This document shows, one piece after another, positions 37,801 to 47,724 of a stretch of 64,000 nt of DNA. The position numbers and the translations under genes are program-made. Where the stretch lies: positions 37,771 to 101,770 of the forward strand of contig OZ246402.1 in NCBI GenBank assembly GCA_965230975.1, in the 5' to 3' direction. How positions within the stretch are numbered: position 1 is the first letter of the stretch; each line of letters begins with the position of its first letter. The notes below the pieces were generated by a model, which saw nothing but the letters and a program-made list of their open reading frames with translations, did no database searches and had not been told where the DNA came from. The DNA comes from an uncultured Candidatus Saccharibacteria bacterium. GTDB lineage: Bacteria > Patescibacteriota > Dojkabacteria > J137.

Positions 37801-40286
37801 GTATCTGAAGTTGGAATATTAAATTCTATTTTTAGAGGAGTTAAACCACTATTTGCAACAATCATTGCTTCTCTTAAAGATGTTTTCCCATTTGGCAATC
37901 CATCTACACCTTCACAACCACCACCAGAATATGCTCCATATCCATCATCAAAGTCACAAGTACTTACATTATCTTCGTCTGTTGTAGAATCTACATATAT
38001 AATAAAGCTACCATCATTTTGCCTAATTGGATTTGCATCTACATATTGAACTTCCATTACCTGTTTAATACCGGATTCTGTTGAATAGTAGTTTTTTGTT
38101 AAAGATACTGCCTGAGTTGCTGTAATATCATCTGTCCAAGGTTCTCCAATTCCTGGATAGTCTTGTGGGTGAGTAGTTGAGTCTGCATCAAAAGAAAATT
38201 CTTGTGATGAGAAGTGGTTTTCTTCAAACTTTATTAGTGTATTTTCAATTCTATTGCCCTCATTATCAAATTTCACCATTGGAATAAAGTTGTAGGCATC
38301 TGTAATATAATATTGAAACCAATCTGGCTCATAATCTTCGTATCCCAATTTACTAATCAAGGTTGAAGTCATCTCGTCTACTCCTGATGAAGAACCGCTT
38401 ACGGGGCAATACCCTGGATCAGTACAATAAACGTTGTAGTTGGTAAATGTTTGAGTTGGCCCTGGGTGCCCATCGTTAGATGATCCACCCCAACCATCGT
38501 AAAGCTCAATCATGTCAGGTGATTGAATTGTTAACTCAAAATTGGAAAGATCTGTTCTTCTTGTTGTGCCACTTAAAAGTTCAAACTCACCATTGGTGTA
38601 AAGACCGATACTTTCATTTAACTGGTATCCGTTGCCATTACCAAAGTAGTTATCTTGATAAATAGTATCAAAATTAGTTGGAGCAGACATTGTTAAAAAT
38701 ATTCCACCACCAAAAGCTTCATCTAACGGATGTGTCCCATTATCTTCAATACAATTTTTTTCTAACCCCTGGCACAAAGATCCAGTAAATGCATTTTGAC
38801 CACCAATTACAGAATTTACACTTAAACTACTGTAATTATCTGCAACAATACCGTTGTACAAATTACCTATTATTTTATTACCTTTAATAGTGCCATTGAA
38901 TCCGCCAATTGAGATTCCTGTCCTATTAATATAATTTTGATCATAACAGTCTGTACAAGTCCAATCTCCAGGTTCAAAAGTTAGCCCAAAGTATGGATCT
39001 GGGTCTGCGTAATCTCCAATATAATTGTTGTATATATTTATATCATCGTACCAATTTGTATCATTGTCTGGATCTGGATTTGAATATCTATAGCCCAATA
39101 CACCCCATATAGTTTTAACAATAGTGTTACTTGATATGGTAACAATTGATTTTGGAACATTTAATCGAATTCCATACCTCGAATTTGCAATCAAATTACC
39201 TTTCCCCTCTGCACCAATAGTTAAAGTTTTATAACCAATATCATCTCCTCCGTAAACATCTGCAATTGCAGCATCTTTTATTTCTAGCGCGTGTACTATG
39301 TTACCGTTAACATCTGTTCCAAAGTAGTTGTTGTAGATTTGATGAACAGCCGTAGTTGCATTTATATTACCTTCAAACCTGACTGCATAAGATATAGTTG
39401 ATGCTATGTAATTTCTTTCGGCAACTGTATCTCCTCCAATAATAGAATTACAATTTGTATGCATAAATATTGCAGTGTGCATTGGTAAAGCAGTAACTCC
39501 ATCTGCTCCAATTCCGATTCTGTTGCCAGAGATCTTGTTTGGATTTGGGTTAGTACACTGATTAATAATCCCGTATTGGGTAGCTGTAATTATATTTCCA
39601 TCAGATGAATCGTTGCCTATAACCACATTGTTTGATTGATTTAATCCAATACCTGTTACACTTGGTTTAGCAACCAATCCTTTGACATCCGTGCCAATGT
39701 AGTTTTTAGTGATTGTTACTCCGTTTGCATTACTTACAATACCTGCACCATATCCATAACTATTTAAAACTAATTTATTAATAGTTCCATTTGTAGATAA
39801 CAAACCAACAATTCCCTGATCTTGAGGCCCAGGGTTTGGAATACCGGATGCGTCGATTTCAATATCTGGACCATAAATATTTCTATCAAAACCTGAATTT
39901 ATTTCTTGGGTTTCTCCATCTATTGTTCCAAATACATAGCCAAGCAAAGTCACAGGTCTTATACTCCAGTAATCGTCACCACCTGTACTATCTCCACTAC
40001 TTGGAGTGTTTGGATCATCATAATCACGGTAACCCGGATCAGAAGTTGGAATATTGAAATAGATATTATCTGCACCAGCTAAATTAGAAGCGGCAGTTAA
40101 AGCTGCTCTTAAAGTACATGTGCCTAATGAAGTTAAACATAAACCATCATTACTTAAATCTGCCTCATCTCCTGTGCTATCAACTGTAAAAGTTGCTGCA
40201 TGTATACTTGATGTCGCTATAAAAAAGAATGCAACAAGTACAAAAATTATTACAATAATATTTTTTAAATTAAATCTAGTCAGCAT
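34821..40286 (-). CDS. giant (1821 aa) secreted/surface protein built from right-handed parallel beta-helix (pectate-lyase-like) repeats with an internal ~700-aa duplication, then three C-terminal hydrophobic segments flanking two transthyretin/CarboxypepD_reg-like domains
   Basis: Signal peptide MLTRFNLKNIIVIIFVLVAFFFIATSSIHA. Many N/G/T/I-rich beta-helix coils. The motif FNIPTSD(P/T)GYRDYDD(P/A)NT(P/S)SSGDS..GDDY occurs twice. C-terminal GKIVDRSISDFKGRYSL and KGVVFKVINKDGGVVDAGITNKEGV modules lie between hydrophobic segments. Confidence 0.6.
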   Translation of the reverse strand: MLTRFNLKNIIVIIFVLVAFFFIATSSIHAATFTVDSTGDEADLSNDGLCLTSLGTCTLRAALTAASNLAGADNIYFNIPTSDPGYRDYDDPNTPSSGDSTGGDDYWSIRPVTLLGYVFGTIDGETQEINSGFDRNIYGPDIEIDASGIPNPGPQDQGIVGLLSTNGTINKLVLNSYGYGAGIVSNANGVTITKNYIGTDVKGLVAKPSVTGIGLNQSNNVVIGNDSSDGNIITATQYGIINQCTNPNPNKISGNRIGIGADGVTALPMHTAIFMHTNCNSIIGGDTVAERNYIASTISYAVRFEGNINATTAVHQIYNNYFGTDVNGNIVHALEIKDAAIADVYGGDDIGYKTLTIGAEGKGNLIANSRYGIRLNVPKSIVTISSNTIVKTIWGVLGYRYSNPDPDNDTNWYDDINIYNNYIGDYADPDPYFGLTFEPGDWTCTDCYDQNYINRTGISIGGFNGTIKGNKIIGNLYNGIVADNYSSLSVNSVIGGQNAFTGSLCQGLEKNCIEDNGTHPLDEAFGGGIFLTMSAPTNFDTIYQDNYFGNGNGYQLNESIGLYTNGEFELLSGTTRRTDLSNFELTIQSPDMIELYDGWGGSSNDGHPGPTQTFTNYNVYCTDPGYCPVSGSSSGVDEMTSTLISKLGYEDYEPDWFQYYITDAYNFIPMVKFDNEGNRIENTLIKFEENHFSSQEFSFDADSTTHPQDYPGIGEPWTDDITATQAVSLTKNYYSTESGIKQVMEVQYVDANPIRQNDGSFIIYVDSTTDEDNVSTCDFDDGYGAYSGGGCEGVDGLPNGKTSLREAMIVANSGLTPLKIEFNIPTSDTGYRDYDDANTSSSGDSANGDDYFLITLASSLPDIVSYKEVIIDGATQETNSGNNRNTFGPDILITGAGVATNIFKTLTDTATKDLLDLTINGFILSNTTGELIATNYTYIAADASENVTITNNYFCTDAKGLQLSSDCATHLIDSDTIKGELNISNNLFGWFNSNINNIALRLGSPTATSHIEVINNKFGTNPAGTLLTKAVDGYGIFIESDIGGALLQNNIINTTQGTCIFSRGYVVINNNYCGTDVSGETIFNVSEIYAEGPVTITNNVVARIITLEDGLPLVVSNNTIGANKSKTQKFDLSRFVGSGQTAPTAQNLAAYETWNGVGEFKNNYISSTHNGIYIRNITSPDSIHIQNNTFNNISATGIRMRNITGVKISENIFTNISSGNQSIDLLENNVAGVNTNDSGDADSYASNTIANNGMNSPVIQSITYVGGGKYLLEGVLDNNVNNEGPFDLEICLSNGAIASESNCVDSLFFQENYITQVTGGINPWQAEVTVPGSDGTSIIKFSALATNNAGFTSEFGTNVSIQDVPFEVQTYPITLSSPINSQTLTSGTPLLKWQSSTDPDLKQYAIYINGAFYATVDKTSSQLQIPTTLANGNYTWYVVGVRNNNTESGRSITLSFSISAQNENPVSYVTLSPISEEPKFVSFPISYTSSNSEGLGSENDFSALVNQFLVSIQGTLKVFTANSAELLKQASNVVSPAIPLFGGVVLAVTAIPANSLPQLGALIGAYIQRRKRYFGIVYDLSSKEIIPLASIELVSLEGKIVDRSISDFKGRYSLSIDSEVEYKLVVKAEGYETKEIMVSGMYKNNVLTYDIDLKRNSKGLIKSKQNRRFNLKATGWVFRALKALTIVGFIYSLFVYITSPSLINGLILIVYIVVFIVNIYVFILNKLEKPIVILNTNGIPVKGVVFKVINKDGGVVDAGITNKEGVMKVRLEKGEYNLLTNNNGEVLNQSIKVNARGFVQGKVVLESSNTKSSSIQSNPFS

Positions 40287-42158
40287 TTAATTTCCTAATG
40301 GTTTAGATAAATCTGATATAAATACATCTCCTTCTGAGTTTCTATACTCTAATACTGCAGTTGCAAAATTCACTTTTGGCCCGATAGAATTGGATATGAA
40401 ATAAATCTCTCCTTTGGCATTTTTTGATAATATCGATTCGCCTATTAAACTGCCTTTGGATGTAGCATTAACTTTTATATCAGAACTTAATGTTTCATAA
40501 ATACTAACTTTAAAGTTTGTTATGTCCGCTTCGGAGATAGTTAAATCTAATACTTTGCCATAGATTACATTTTTTCCATCTAAATAACTTACAGAAAAAA
40601 TAACAGGCTCAGGTAAGAATACACTCTCTTGATTAGACCTACTTACTGAAGAGTTGAATTCTAAAGGTTGACTTACAGGAATATCTTCCTCTATATAGTT
40701 AACAGTTTCTAGACTTGCAACTGGTGTAAGGATCTTTTCTACCATTAAACTTCTTAATTCTATTTGATTACTTCCATCTGAATTTATAAATGCCCTAATA
40801 TACAAGTCGTTTCCACCAATCTGTTCTTGGTAAAACTTTAAAAATTGATTGACTTCTTGTACTGTATTACTGCTTGAGTACTCATTAATTGTTTTCTCCC
40901 ACTTTAATTCAGAACCATAGTAGTACCAGTTAATATTATCTGGCGATAGTTGATAAGTTATTGAATTGGGCAGAATTTGACGAGAGGTAATCTCTTCTTG
41001 CGTTAGAACCTTTCTTTTTCCGCTTTGAATATTTATATCTGGTATTGATTCTTCTTTTGTTTGGTTAATACTACTCTCCTCATAAATTGCCAGAAGTTTA
41101 GTATATGGAACTTTTTGGTTAAAGGTTATTAAGACATTACCATATGCTAAATATGAAGTAGTTTCGGTTTGTATGTCTGAATTTATTTGTGAATTTGAAT
41201 CTGATTCAGATTGTTCAGAAACAGGAAAACTTACAACTTCTGCATCTGAGGCATCTTTTTCTATAATTCGAGTTTCTGATAGAACCTTAAATTGAATCTT
41301 TCCGTTATTTAATTCAAGTTTTGACGAGTCAAATTCTGCCTTATTAAAATCAAATGTAAAAGTCGGCTCGTTTGCTGCAAAAATACTTTCGATTCTTATA
41401 GAATTAAAAATTACTATTCCCCCTGCAATAAATAAGAAAAATTGAAATAGTATAAATAATATGGCAATTAAAAAAGCCGCTAATGTGGGGTAGGCTTTGA
41501 CTCTAAATTCTCTGAGATCTGCTCTAGCCTGGACTATATTAGAATCTAGAATTTTTGGTGCGATTAATAATATAGTGCTATAAAGTATACTAGATAACAA
41601 CTGTAAAAATATCCAGTAAATATATAATGGTAACTTTAATAGGATATTAGCTTTAGATATTTTCAACATTAAAATATCTGCTAAATTTGCATATTTAATT
41701 AGGTTACTAATTAATACTTGAAGTAATTTTGTTTTAAAACTACCTTTTTTTGGTTTGTAATCTACTAAAACATTTGTTGTAAGTAATCCCAATTGTTTTA
41801 TAAACTCACTTGTAAAATTAGAGCTCTTTTTATTAATTACAATGTAGTTTGAAGGTAAATCTAATATCTCTTTACTTCCATCATTTAGTATTATTATTTT
41901 TTTATTAATAAACTTTTCGTTGGATAGTAAATATTGGGTAATCTCTCTACCAGAATACTTAGGCAATGTGCTGTCTATTATTATTATGTCGGGGTTGGTA
42001 ACATAAATTAGTCCAAGTCCATCAACACCGTCTTCAGAAGAATATACTTTTAACCTTAAGAATCTATTTTTTAAATCACTCCACAATAAGATTTTTAGGG
42101 AATTCCTAATTAAAGTGTCATCATCTATAATTATGATACTTAAGCTGTCTACATCCAT
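40287..42158 (-). CDS. response-regulator receiver (REC) domain fused to two TM helices and a ~390-aa extracytoplasmic domain of unknown function
   Basis: N-terminal SIIIIDDD (acidic pair), IIIIDSTLPKYSG (phospho-acceptor Asp position) and downstream ILND/KK positions consistent with a CheY-like fold. Two hydrophobic helices at ~180-250. Stop codon abuts the start codon of the giant gene. Confidence 0.55.
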   Translation of the reverse strand: MDVDSLSIIIIDDDTLIRNSLKILLWSDLKNRFLRLKVYSSEDGVDGLGLIYVTNPDIIIIDSTLPKYSGREITQYLLSNEKFINKKIIILNDGSKEILDLPSNYIVINKKSSNFTSEFIKQLGLLTTNVLVDYKPKKGSFKTKLLQVLISNLIKYANLADILMLKISKANILLKLPLYIYWIFLQLLSSILYSTILLIAPKILDSNIVQARADLREFRVKAYPTLAAFLIAILFILFQFFLFIAGGIVIFNSIRIESIFAANEPTFTFDFNKAEFDSSKLELNNGKIQFKVLSETRIIEKDASDAEVVSFPVSEQSESDSNSQINSDIQTETTSYLAYGNVLITFNQKVPYTKLLAIYEESSINQTKEESIPDINIQSGKRKVLTQEEITSRQILPNSITYQLSPDNINWYYYGSELKWEKTINEYSSSNTVQEVNQFLKFYQEQIGGNDLYIRAFINSDGSNQIELRSLMVEKILTPVASLETVNYIEEDIPVSQPLEFNSSVSRSNQESVFLPEPVIFSVSYLDGKNVIYGKVLDLTISEADITNFKVSIYETLSSDIKVNATSKGSLIGESILSKNAKGEIYFISNSIGPKVNFATAVLEYRNSEGDVFISDLSKPLGN

Positions 42159-42264
42159 ATAGTTTTAATAATCCTGACAAAGATGCTATAGAAAATATCT
42201 ATAACTAATTACCATAATATATAAATTACTAAAGGATGTCCAAATAAATTTACATTTGGCTTAA

Positions 42265-43119
42265 CTAGTTGAGTTTTTGCAAGCCCGTAGATGGCATAGA
42301 TATTAGTGTAGGATTTGTTGTATCAAAAATCACCTTGCCTTCATCTATTGCACTTTCTAAAAAGCCCTCCCCCTCTTCGTGCAACATAAATTCGAATTCA
42401 GACTGTGTATAAACCAACGGTTCTATTATTGGTTCTGCTCCACGAGTTATCTCTCTTACATATTTTATTCTTTCAATAAAGTTCATGTCTGTTTCTGCAA
42501 TTACTAAAATATCCATTGTGCTAGATGCAGGTCTTGTCTTTTCTCTTGCAAAGCTTCCAAATAATATTACTTTGCTCACTTTCAATTGAGTATCTTTTTT
42601 TAATATAGATACTACTTGGTTAATTCTTTGTAATATTTCAACCTCAGAGAAGTAAAAGTCCTCTACCTTTATAGTTCTTGCATGCTTTATTAAGTTTTGT
42701 GCCAAGAAGTTATCAATTTGAGTGTATATCTCTTTTGCAACTTTTATGCATGTTTCTGCATCTTCTCTGTGTATCATTTCGTGCGGGGACATATTTCGGT
42801 CTGGGTATACAAACGGGTATCTAGATATAAATGTATATGCCTCTAGTTTTCTAAAGTTCATTTTTACATCAAAAAAGAGTTCGTTTGCATGGTTTGCCAT
42901 GCTTATCAAGACACCCAGTTTGTGAGTCATTGGAGGTCTTTGGCCTGCATGAACCAAAACAGATTTTAGTGCTTTTTCTACAGATTGTACTGATTGATAG
43001 CACGCCCACTCAAAGTAGTTATTACCCAAAGAAAGCTCTGCAGCCTTAATATCAAATTTACTTTGATCTAGCCACACCTTATATCTTTGTCTATCTTTTG
43101 GAAGTTTAACCGTATCCAT
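42265..43119 (-). CDS. single-chain HEPN domain plus minimal nucleotidyltransferase (MNT) fusion protein (toxin-antitoxin-like module)
   Basis: N-terminal HEPN signature AAELSLGNNYFEWACYQSVQSVEKALKSVLVHAGQRPPMTHKL with an R-x4-H motif. C-terminal NTase signature KVILFGSFAREKTRPASSTMDILVIAE (GS...D.D). Confidence 0.65.
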   Translation of the reverse strand: MDTVKLPKDRQRYKVWLDQSKFDIKAAELSLGNNYFEWACYQSVQSVEKALKSVLVHAGQRPPMTHKLGVLISMANHANELFFDVKMNFRKLEAYTFISRYPFVYPDRNMSPHEMIHREDAETCIKVAKEIYTQIDNFLAQNLIKHARTIKVEDFYFSEVEILQRINQVVSILKKDTQLKVSKVILFGSFAREKTRPASSTMDILVIAETDMNFIERIKYVREITRGAEPIIEPLVYTQSEFEFMLHEEGEGFLESAIDEGKVIFDTTNPTLISMPSTGLQKLN

Positions 43120-43165
43120 TCCCCTATTGTATAGGAAAATGCATAGGTTTGGAAATTAAATTTAT

Positions 43166-43966
43166 TTAATCTGCAGCTTGTGAATAATTCAACCCTAATA
43201 ATTTATCTATTTGATAAACTAAGCTTCTAGCTACAGACCAATTAATGTCTTGAACCCTTTCTTTTACAGCTAGCAAATTACCGTTGAATTGCCTGGTTAT
43301 TCGATTATCATTTAAAAACTCAATGTATATTAAGATCTCTAGTATCAGTGGTAAAGTTTCCTCAAGGAACTCAGGCTCCAGGTTTAAATTTAATAACGTA
43401 AATGATGCTATCTTATATAAATCTTTACTTTCCCTTAACTTTCTGCATGAAACAAGTAAATCTGATGATTGATACTTTTTACCTAAAGAATAGGCAATCC
43501 TATCCGTATCAAGATCAAAACTTGTACTTAGAGTATTCAATATACCTTGGGCTCTTACGTCTCCCTGAGATTTTTCAAACACCAGAAAATTTTTGACATA
43601 CTCTCCATCTCTCAAACCCATATAATTATTAATTATTCTAAATATGAAAATAGATTTCCAAGCATCATCCTTACTATTATAAGGTTTCAAATCGCCTAAA
43701 AACTCCAGAATTATATCTATAAATAATGCATGCTTATTTTCAGGAATCAGGTTCTCAATTATTAATTGTGCAGTTGCACCATCTGAACTCGGCAATCTAT
43801 TTATAAGTTCAAATAGTAAATTCTTGTAGTTAAATACATCACCAGTTTGAAGTAATTCATTAAGTTGACCTTTTACAATTTTCAAGAAAGATTCCAAGCC
43901 TTTTGATGAGCCTGCGAAGCTATCTATTCTTTCAAATATAATTTGTCTTGAGATTATTGAATTCAT
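43166..43966 (-). CDS. hypothetical protein
   Basis: ORF extends to 44032, but the rpoD terminator occupies 44036..44064, so start MNSIISRQ at 43966 is preferred. No recognised motif. Confidence 0.4.
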   Translation of the reverse strand: MNSIISRQIIFERIDSFAGSSKGLESFLKIVKGQLNELLQTGDVFNYKNLLFELINRLPSSDGATAQLIIENLIPENKHALFIDIILEFLGDLKPYNSKDDAWKSIFIFRIINNYMGLRDGEYVKNFLVFEKSQGDVRAQGILNTLSTSFDLDTDRIAYSLGKKYQSSDLLVSCRKLRESKDLYKIASFTLLNLNLEPEFLEETLPLILEILIYIEFLNDNRITRQFNGNLLAVKERVQDINWSVARSLVYQIDKLLGLNYSQAAD

Positions 43967-44035
43967 ACATTTAACTTTACTCCCAATATTATACCATAGT
44001 TGCCAATTTATGGCGACACCACAACGAGGCATGTA

Positions 44036-44064
44036 GATACAAAAAGAGGGGAGAAATCCCCTCT
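44036..44064 (-). terminator. Rho-independent terminator of rpoD
   Basis: AGAGGGGA-GAAA-TCCCCTCT hairpin followed on the minus strand by UUUUU. Confidence 0.8.
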
Positions 44065-44092
44065 TTGAATAATTACTTTTAAATTATTAAGT

Positions 44093-45364
44093 TTATTCCA
44101 AATAATCTTTTAAAGCTTGTGCAATTTCATCACTCTTCATTCTTCTTAAAGCCTTAGCTTCAATTTGTCTAATTCTTTCTCTTGTAACATTAAACTCGTG
44201 TCCCACCTCTTCTAAAGTTCTTGCTACCCCATCTCTTAACCCAAATCTTAATTCTATTACTTTTCTTTCTCTATCAGATAAAGTAGCTAAAATCTCGTTG
44301 ATTTGTTTTTTTAAGTAAGACCATGTAGCAAGTTCTGATGGAGATGCGGTAAAGTCATCTGAAATAATATCACTTAAAGAACTACCCTCTGCTTCATCAC
44401 TAATAGGTGCTTCTAACGATTGAGGTTTTTGAGCAATCTTAATAATCTCATTAACCTTATCAACAGAAAGCTCCATAGCTTCTGCAATTTCAGGTTTTGT
44501 TGGATTTCTGCCAAGTTTAGATGCTAATTGAGAAGAAACTTTACTTAACTTGTTAATAGTTTCTATCATGTGAACAGGCACTCTAATTGTTCTTGCCTGG
44601 TCCGCAATAGCTCTTGTAATTGCTTGTCTAATCCACCATGTAGCATAAGTAGAAAACTTAAAACCTTTTCGATATTCAAATTTATCTACAGCTCTCATTA
44701 AACCTAAGTTACCCTCTTGAATTAAATCAAGTAAGTCTAACCCTCTTTTTAAGTAGTTTTTTGCAATAGAAACTACCAATCTTAAATTTGCAGTGGTAAG
44801 AAGATTCTTAGCTTCAATACCATCTTTCATTTTTTTGTTCATGTATCTTTTATCTTTTTCTTCAATTCTCTTTTTTGCTGCTTCTATTGTTGGGTGTTTT
44901 TCGATCTTTTTTTCAATAAGCTTTATTGCTTTGCCGTAAACTGGGTCTGCATTTTCAGCTTTTGAAGCTTCTTCTATTGCCTTAACAAATTCTGCTTCTG
45001 AATCTTCGATTCTTTTTGCTAAAATAACTTCTTCTTCTGCGCTTAAAAGTGGAATTCTTCCAATTTCTTGTAAGTATGCCCTAATAGGGTCTGTACTTAT
45101 GTGAGATTTGATTTGTTTTAAAATCAAGATTTTTTCTTCAAAACTCATTCTACTAGATCTGTCATAAGATGGATCAACTGCCTCTGGTTCAATAATTTCC
45201 AAGTCAGAGTCTCCTAAAACAGAAACTATGTATTCTAATAGATGCAAATTCTCCTCTACTTCAGGAAAAAGATCTAAAATGTCGTCATGAGTGACGTATC
45301 CCTGCTTCCTGCCTTGCTCTAGCAAGTTTTTAACCTTTTGCTTATCTTCTGAGGTTATTGACAT
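44093..45364 (-). CDS. rpoD: RNA polymerase primary sigma factor (sigma-70 family)
   Basis: Region 2.x [28 protein letters not shown], region 4 [11 protein letters not shown]...[26 protein letters not shown]; 423 aa. Confidence 0.9.
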   Translation of the reverse strand: MSITSEDKQKVKNLLEQGRKQGYVTHDDILDLFPEVEENLHLLEYIVSVLGDSDLEIIEPEAVDPSYDRSSRMSFEEKILILKQIKSHISTDPIRAYLQEIGRIPLLSAEEEVILAKRIEDSEAEFVKAIEEASKAENADPVYGKAIKLIEKKIEKHPTIEAAKKRIEEKDKRYMNKKMKDGIEAKNLLTTANLRLVVSIAKNYLKRGLDLLDLIQEGNLGLMRAVDKFEYRKGFKFSTYATWWIRQAITRAIADQARTIRVPVHMIETINKLSKVSSQLASKLGRNPTKPEIAEAMELSVDKVNEIIKIAQKPQSLEAPISDEAEGSSLSDIISDDFTASPSELATWSYLKKQINEILATLSDRERKVIELRFGLRDGVARTLEEVGHEFNVTRERIRQIEAKALRRMKSDEIAQALKDYLE

Positions 45365-45442
45365 TTGGAGAAGTTAACAAATATTATAGAAAAGACGTCT
45401 CATATTTTAACATTTAACTATGGGTTTTAGCCAACTAAATAT

Positions 45443-46294
45443 ATGTATTCATACTCTAAGGACCCAGTTACTCAAATTGAAAACCCAGATTTAATAGAAA
45501 TCTCGATTAATAATCTAGGGAAAAAGAAGAAAACCACCATCTGGTCTATTTTTGGTGGTACTTATTCTTCTTTAAAAACCACATCTCAAAAAACAAAATT
45601 GGCCAAAATTCTAATTCCAGGTTTGTTTATTTTTGCTGGAATCATTTTTATTTACCAAGAATTTTACCCGGATGTTCAGCAAATGATTCAAAACAATTCC
45701 GGTTACTACACACAATCAATCTTATCACCAGTTGATGAACAATATATAAATATTAGCCAATATATTGCAAAACCAGATTTTACAAAACTTACACAGTCTG
45801 CTTTAGGATTAAATATATTAAAGCCAGATCCTACCAGTCTAAATTTCAATGGTACTTTTTATATAAGCATACCCTCTTTAGGTATTAATAAATTGCCGGT
45901 TAAATCAAATGTAGATAGCACAACCGAAAGTTCTTACATGAGTGTATTAGATTATGCATTAGCCCATTTTAAAAATACCGGATTACCTATTTCGGACATA
46001 GGCAACAATATGGTAGTTTACGGACACAGTGCAAGTCCAAATTACAATCCTTCTAAAAACGATCCTATGCTTGCCTTCTCTTTTATACCAGAATTAAAAA
46101 TTGGTGATGAAATTATTATTGAAATAAATAACCAAACTTTTAAATATAAAATGTTCAGAAGTAAAATTGTAAATCCAGATGACACCTCTATAATTACAGG
46201 CACTCAAGGGAAAGGAACACTAACTTTGTTTACATGCTTTCCTCTAGGTTCAAATGCACAAAGGTATGTTGCAGTAGCAAGACCTGTTGATTAA
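45443..46294 (+). CDS. sortase-family transpeptidase
   Basis: N-terminal TM; catalytic His in MVVYGHS, Cys in TLTLFTCFP (TLxTC), Arg in VAVARP. Confidence 0.7.
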   Translation: MYSYSKDPVTQIENPDLIEISINNLGKKKKTTIWSIFGGTYSSLKTTSQKTKLAKILIPGLFIFAGIIFIYQEFYPDVQQMIQNNSGYYTQSILSPVDEQYINISQYIAKPDFTKLTQSALGLNILKPDPTSLNFNGTFYISIPSLGINKLPVKSNVDSTTESSYMSVLDYALAHFKNTGLPISDIGNNMVVYGHSASPNYNPSKNDPMLAFSFIPELKIGDEIIIEINNQTFKYKMFRSKIVNPDDTSIITGTQGKGTLTLFTCFPLGSNAQRYVAVARPVD

Positions 46295-46340
46295 AACCCG
46301 TGTGATTAATACTTTTGTTAAATTATAAGCAATTAGAAAA

Positions 46341-47558
46341 TTATTCTTGATCTTCTTCCGAATTTAATACACTATCCTCTTCTCTTGGCTTTCTTCTTAA
46401 AAAGCTTGGCAAAGAATCTAAATCCTCATCTTCTGTTTGAGGTGCATTACTTCTACCAAAGCTTCCAAAAATACCACCTTGTCTTTGCTGAGGCTGAGGT
46501 GCACTTTGTTGTGGAGATTGTGTTAAAGGTCGTCTATTCATTAAATCTTCTAATTGTTGAGTTACTCCACCGGTTTTACCAGCGTTCATATCAACCAAAG
46601 AGTTGTAATCTGGCTCAAACCCTGTTGCAATAACTGTAATTTCCATATCCTCGTAAGATGGATCAATACTTGCTCCAAAAATGAATGTTGCATCTGGAGA
46701 TACTCTGTCTTTAATAATTTCTGCAGCTTTGCTAACTTCATCAAGAGCTAAATCTTTACCTCCGATTACGTTAAATAACACACCCTTTGCTCCATCTATA
46801 GATATTTCTAACAATGGACTTTCAGTAGCCATTTTTGCTGCATCTATTGCTCTATTTTCACCATTAGCTTTTCCAATACCCATAAGCGCAGCACCGCCGT
46901 TGTCCATTACAGATCTAACATCTGCAAAGTCAACGTTAATAATTCCAGGTTGAGTTATTAGGTTAGAAATACTTTTTACAGCCTGAGCTAAAACATCATC
47001 TGCCTTTTTCATTGCATCTATAAAAGATACATTCTTTTCTAAAATATCTAAAAGTCTTTGATTTGGCACAACAATTAATGTGTCTACTTTATCTCTTAAT
47101 TCATCTATTCCTTTTAATGCAGAATCCATTCTTTTTTTCATTTCAAAATGAAATGGTTTTGTTACTACACCAACTGTTAATGCACCTAAGTTTTTTGCTA
47201 TACCTGCAACAATTGGAGCCGCACCTGTTCCTGTTCCACCACCCATGCCTGCTGTAATAAATACCATATCTGCACCTGCCAAAACTTCGTGAATTTGATC
47301 TACACTTTCTTCTGCAGCTTTTCTACCAATTACTGGGTTTCCACCACTTCCTAAACCTCTGGTGATTTGTTCTCCTATTCTTAGTTTAATATCTGCTTTA
47401 GAATTCATTAATGCTTGCGCATCTGTGTTTATTGCAATAAATTCTACATCTTGAATATTGTATTCAGAAATCATTGTGTTTAGGGCATTACCACCACCAC
47501 CACCAACTCCTACTACTTTTATTTTTGCGGATAACGCTGCCTGAGGTTTAACTAACAT
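46341..47558 (-). CDS. ftsZ: cell division GTPase FtsZ
   Basis: [13 protein letters not shown], tubulin signature [13 protein letters not shown], disordered Q/P-rich C-terminal tail. Confidence 0.9.
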   Translation of the reverse strand: MLVKPQAALSAKIKVVGVGGGGGNALNTMISEYNIQDVEFIAINTDAQALMNSKADIKLRIGEQITRGLGSGGNPVIGRKAAEESVDQIHEVLAGADMVFITAGMGGGTGTGAAPIVAGIAKNLGALTVGVVTKPFHFEMKKRMDSALKGIDELRDKVDTLIVVPNQRLLDILEKNVSFIDAMKKADDVLAQAVKSISNLITQPGIINVDFADVRSVMDNGGAALMGIGKANGENRAIDAAKMATESPLLEISIDGAKGVLFNVIGGKDLALDEVSKAAEIIKDRVSPDATFIFGASIDPSYEDMEITVIATGFEPDYNSLVDMNAGKTGGVTQQLEDLMNRRPLTQSPQQSAPQPQQRQGGIFGSFGRSNAPQTEDEDLDSLPSFLRRKPREEDSVLNSEEDQE

Positions 47559-47724
47559 ATCTTTAATTTAAAAATTTATCAGATCGGGGTAACAACCCTC
47601 GAAATATATTGATGTATTTATACTAAGCTAGAATACGAGTTTTTGCAAGTATTCGATTATCAGAATTAGGATTTTCTGAGTAACTTAATTACACAGGATG
47701 AGAACATTTGAGTAATATAGTTAC

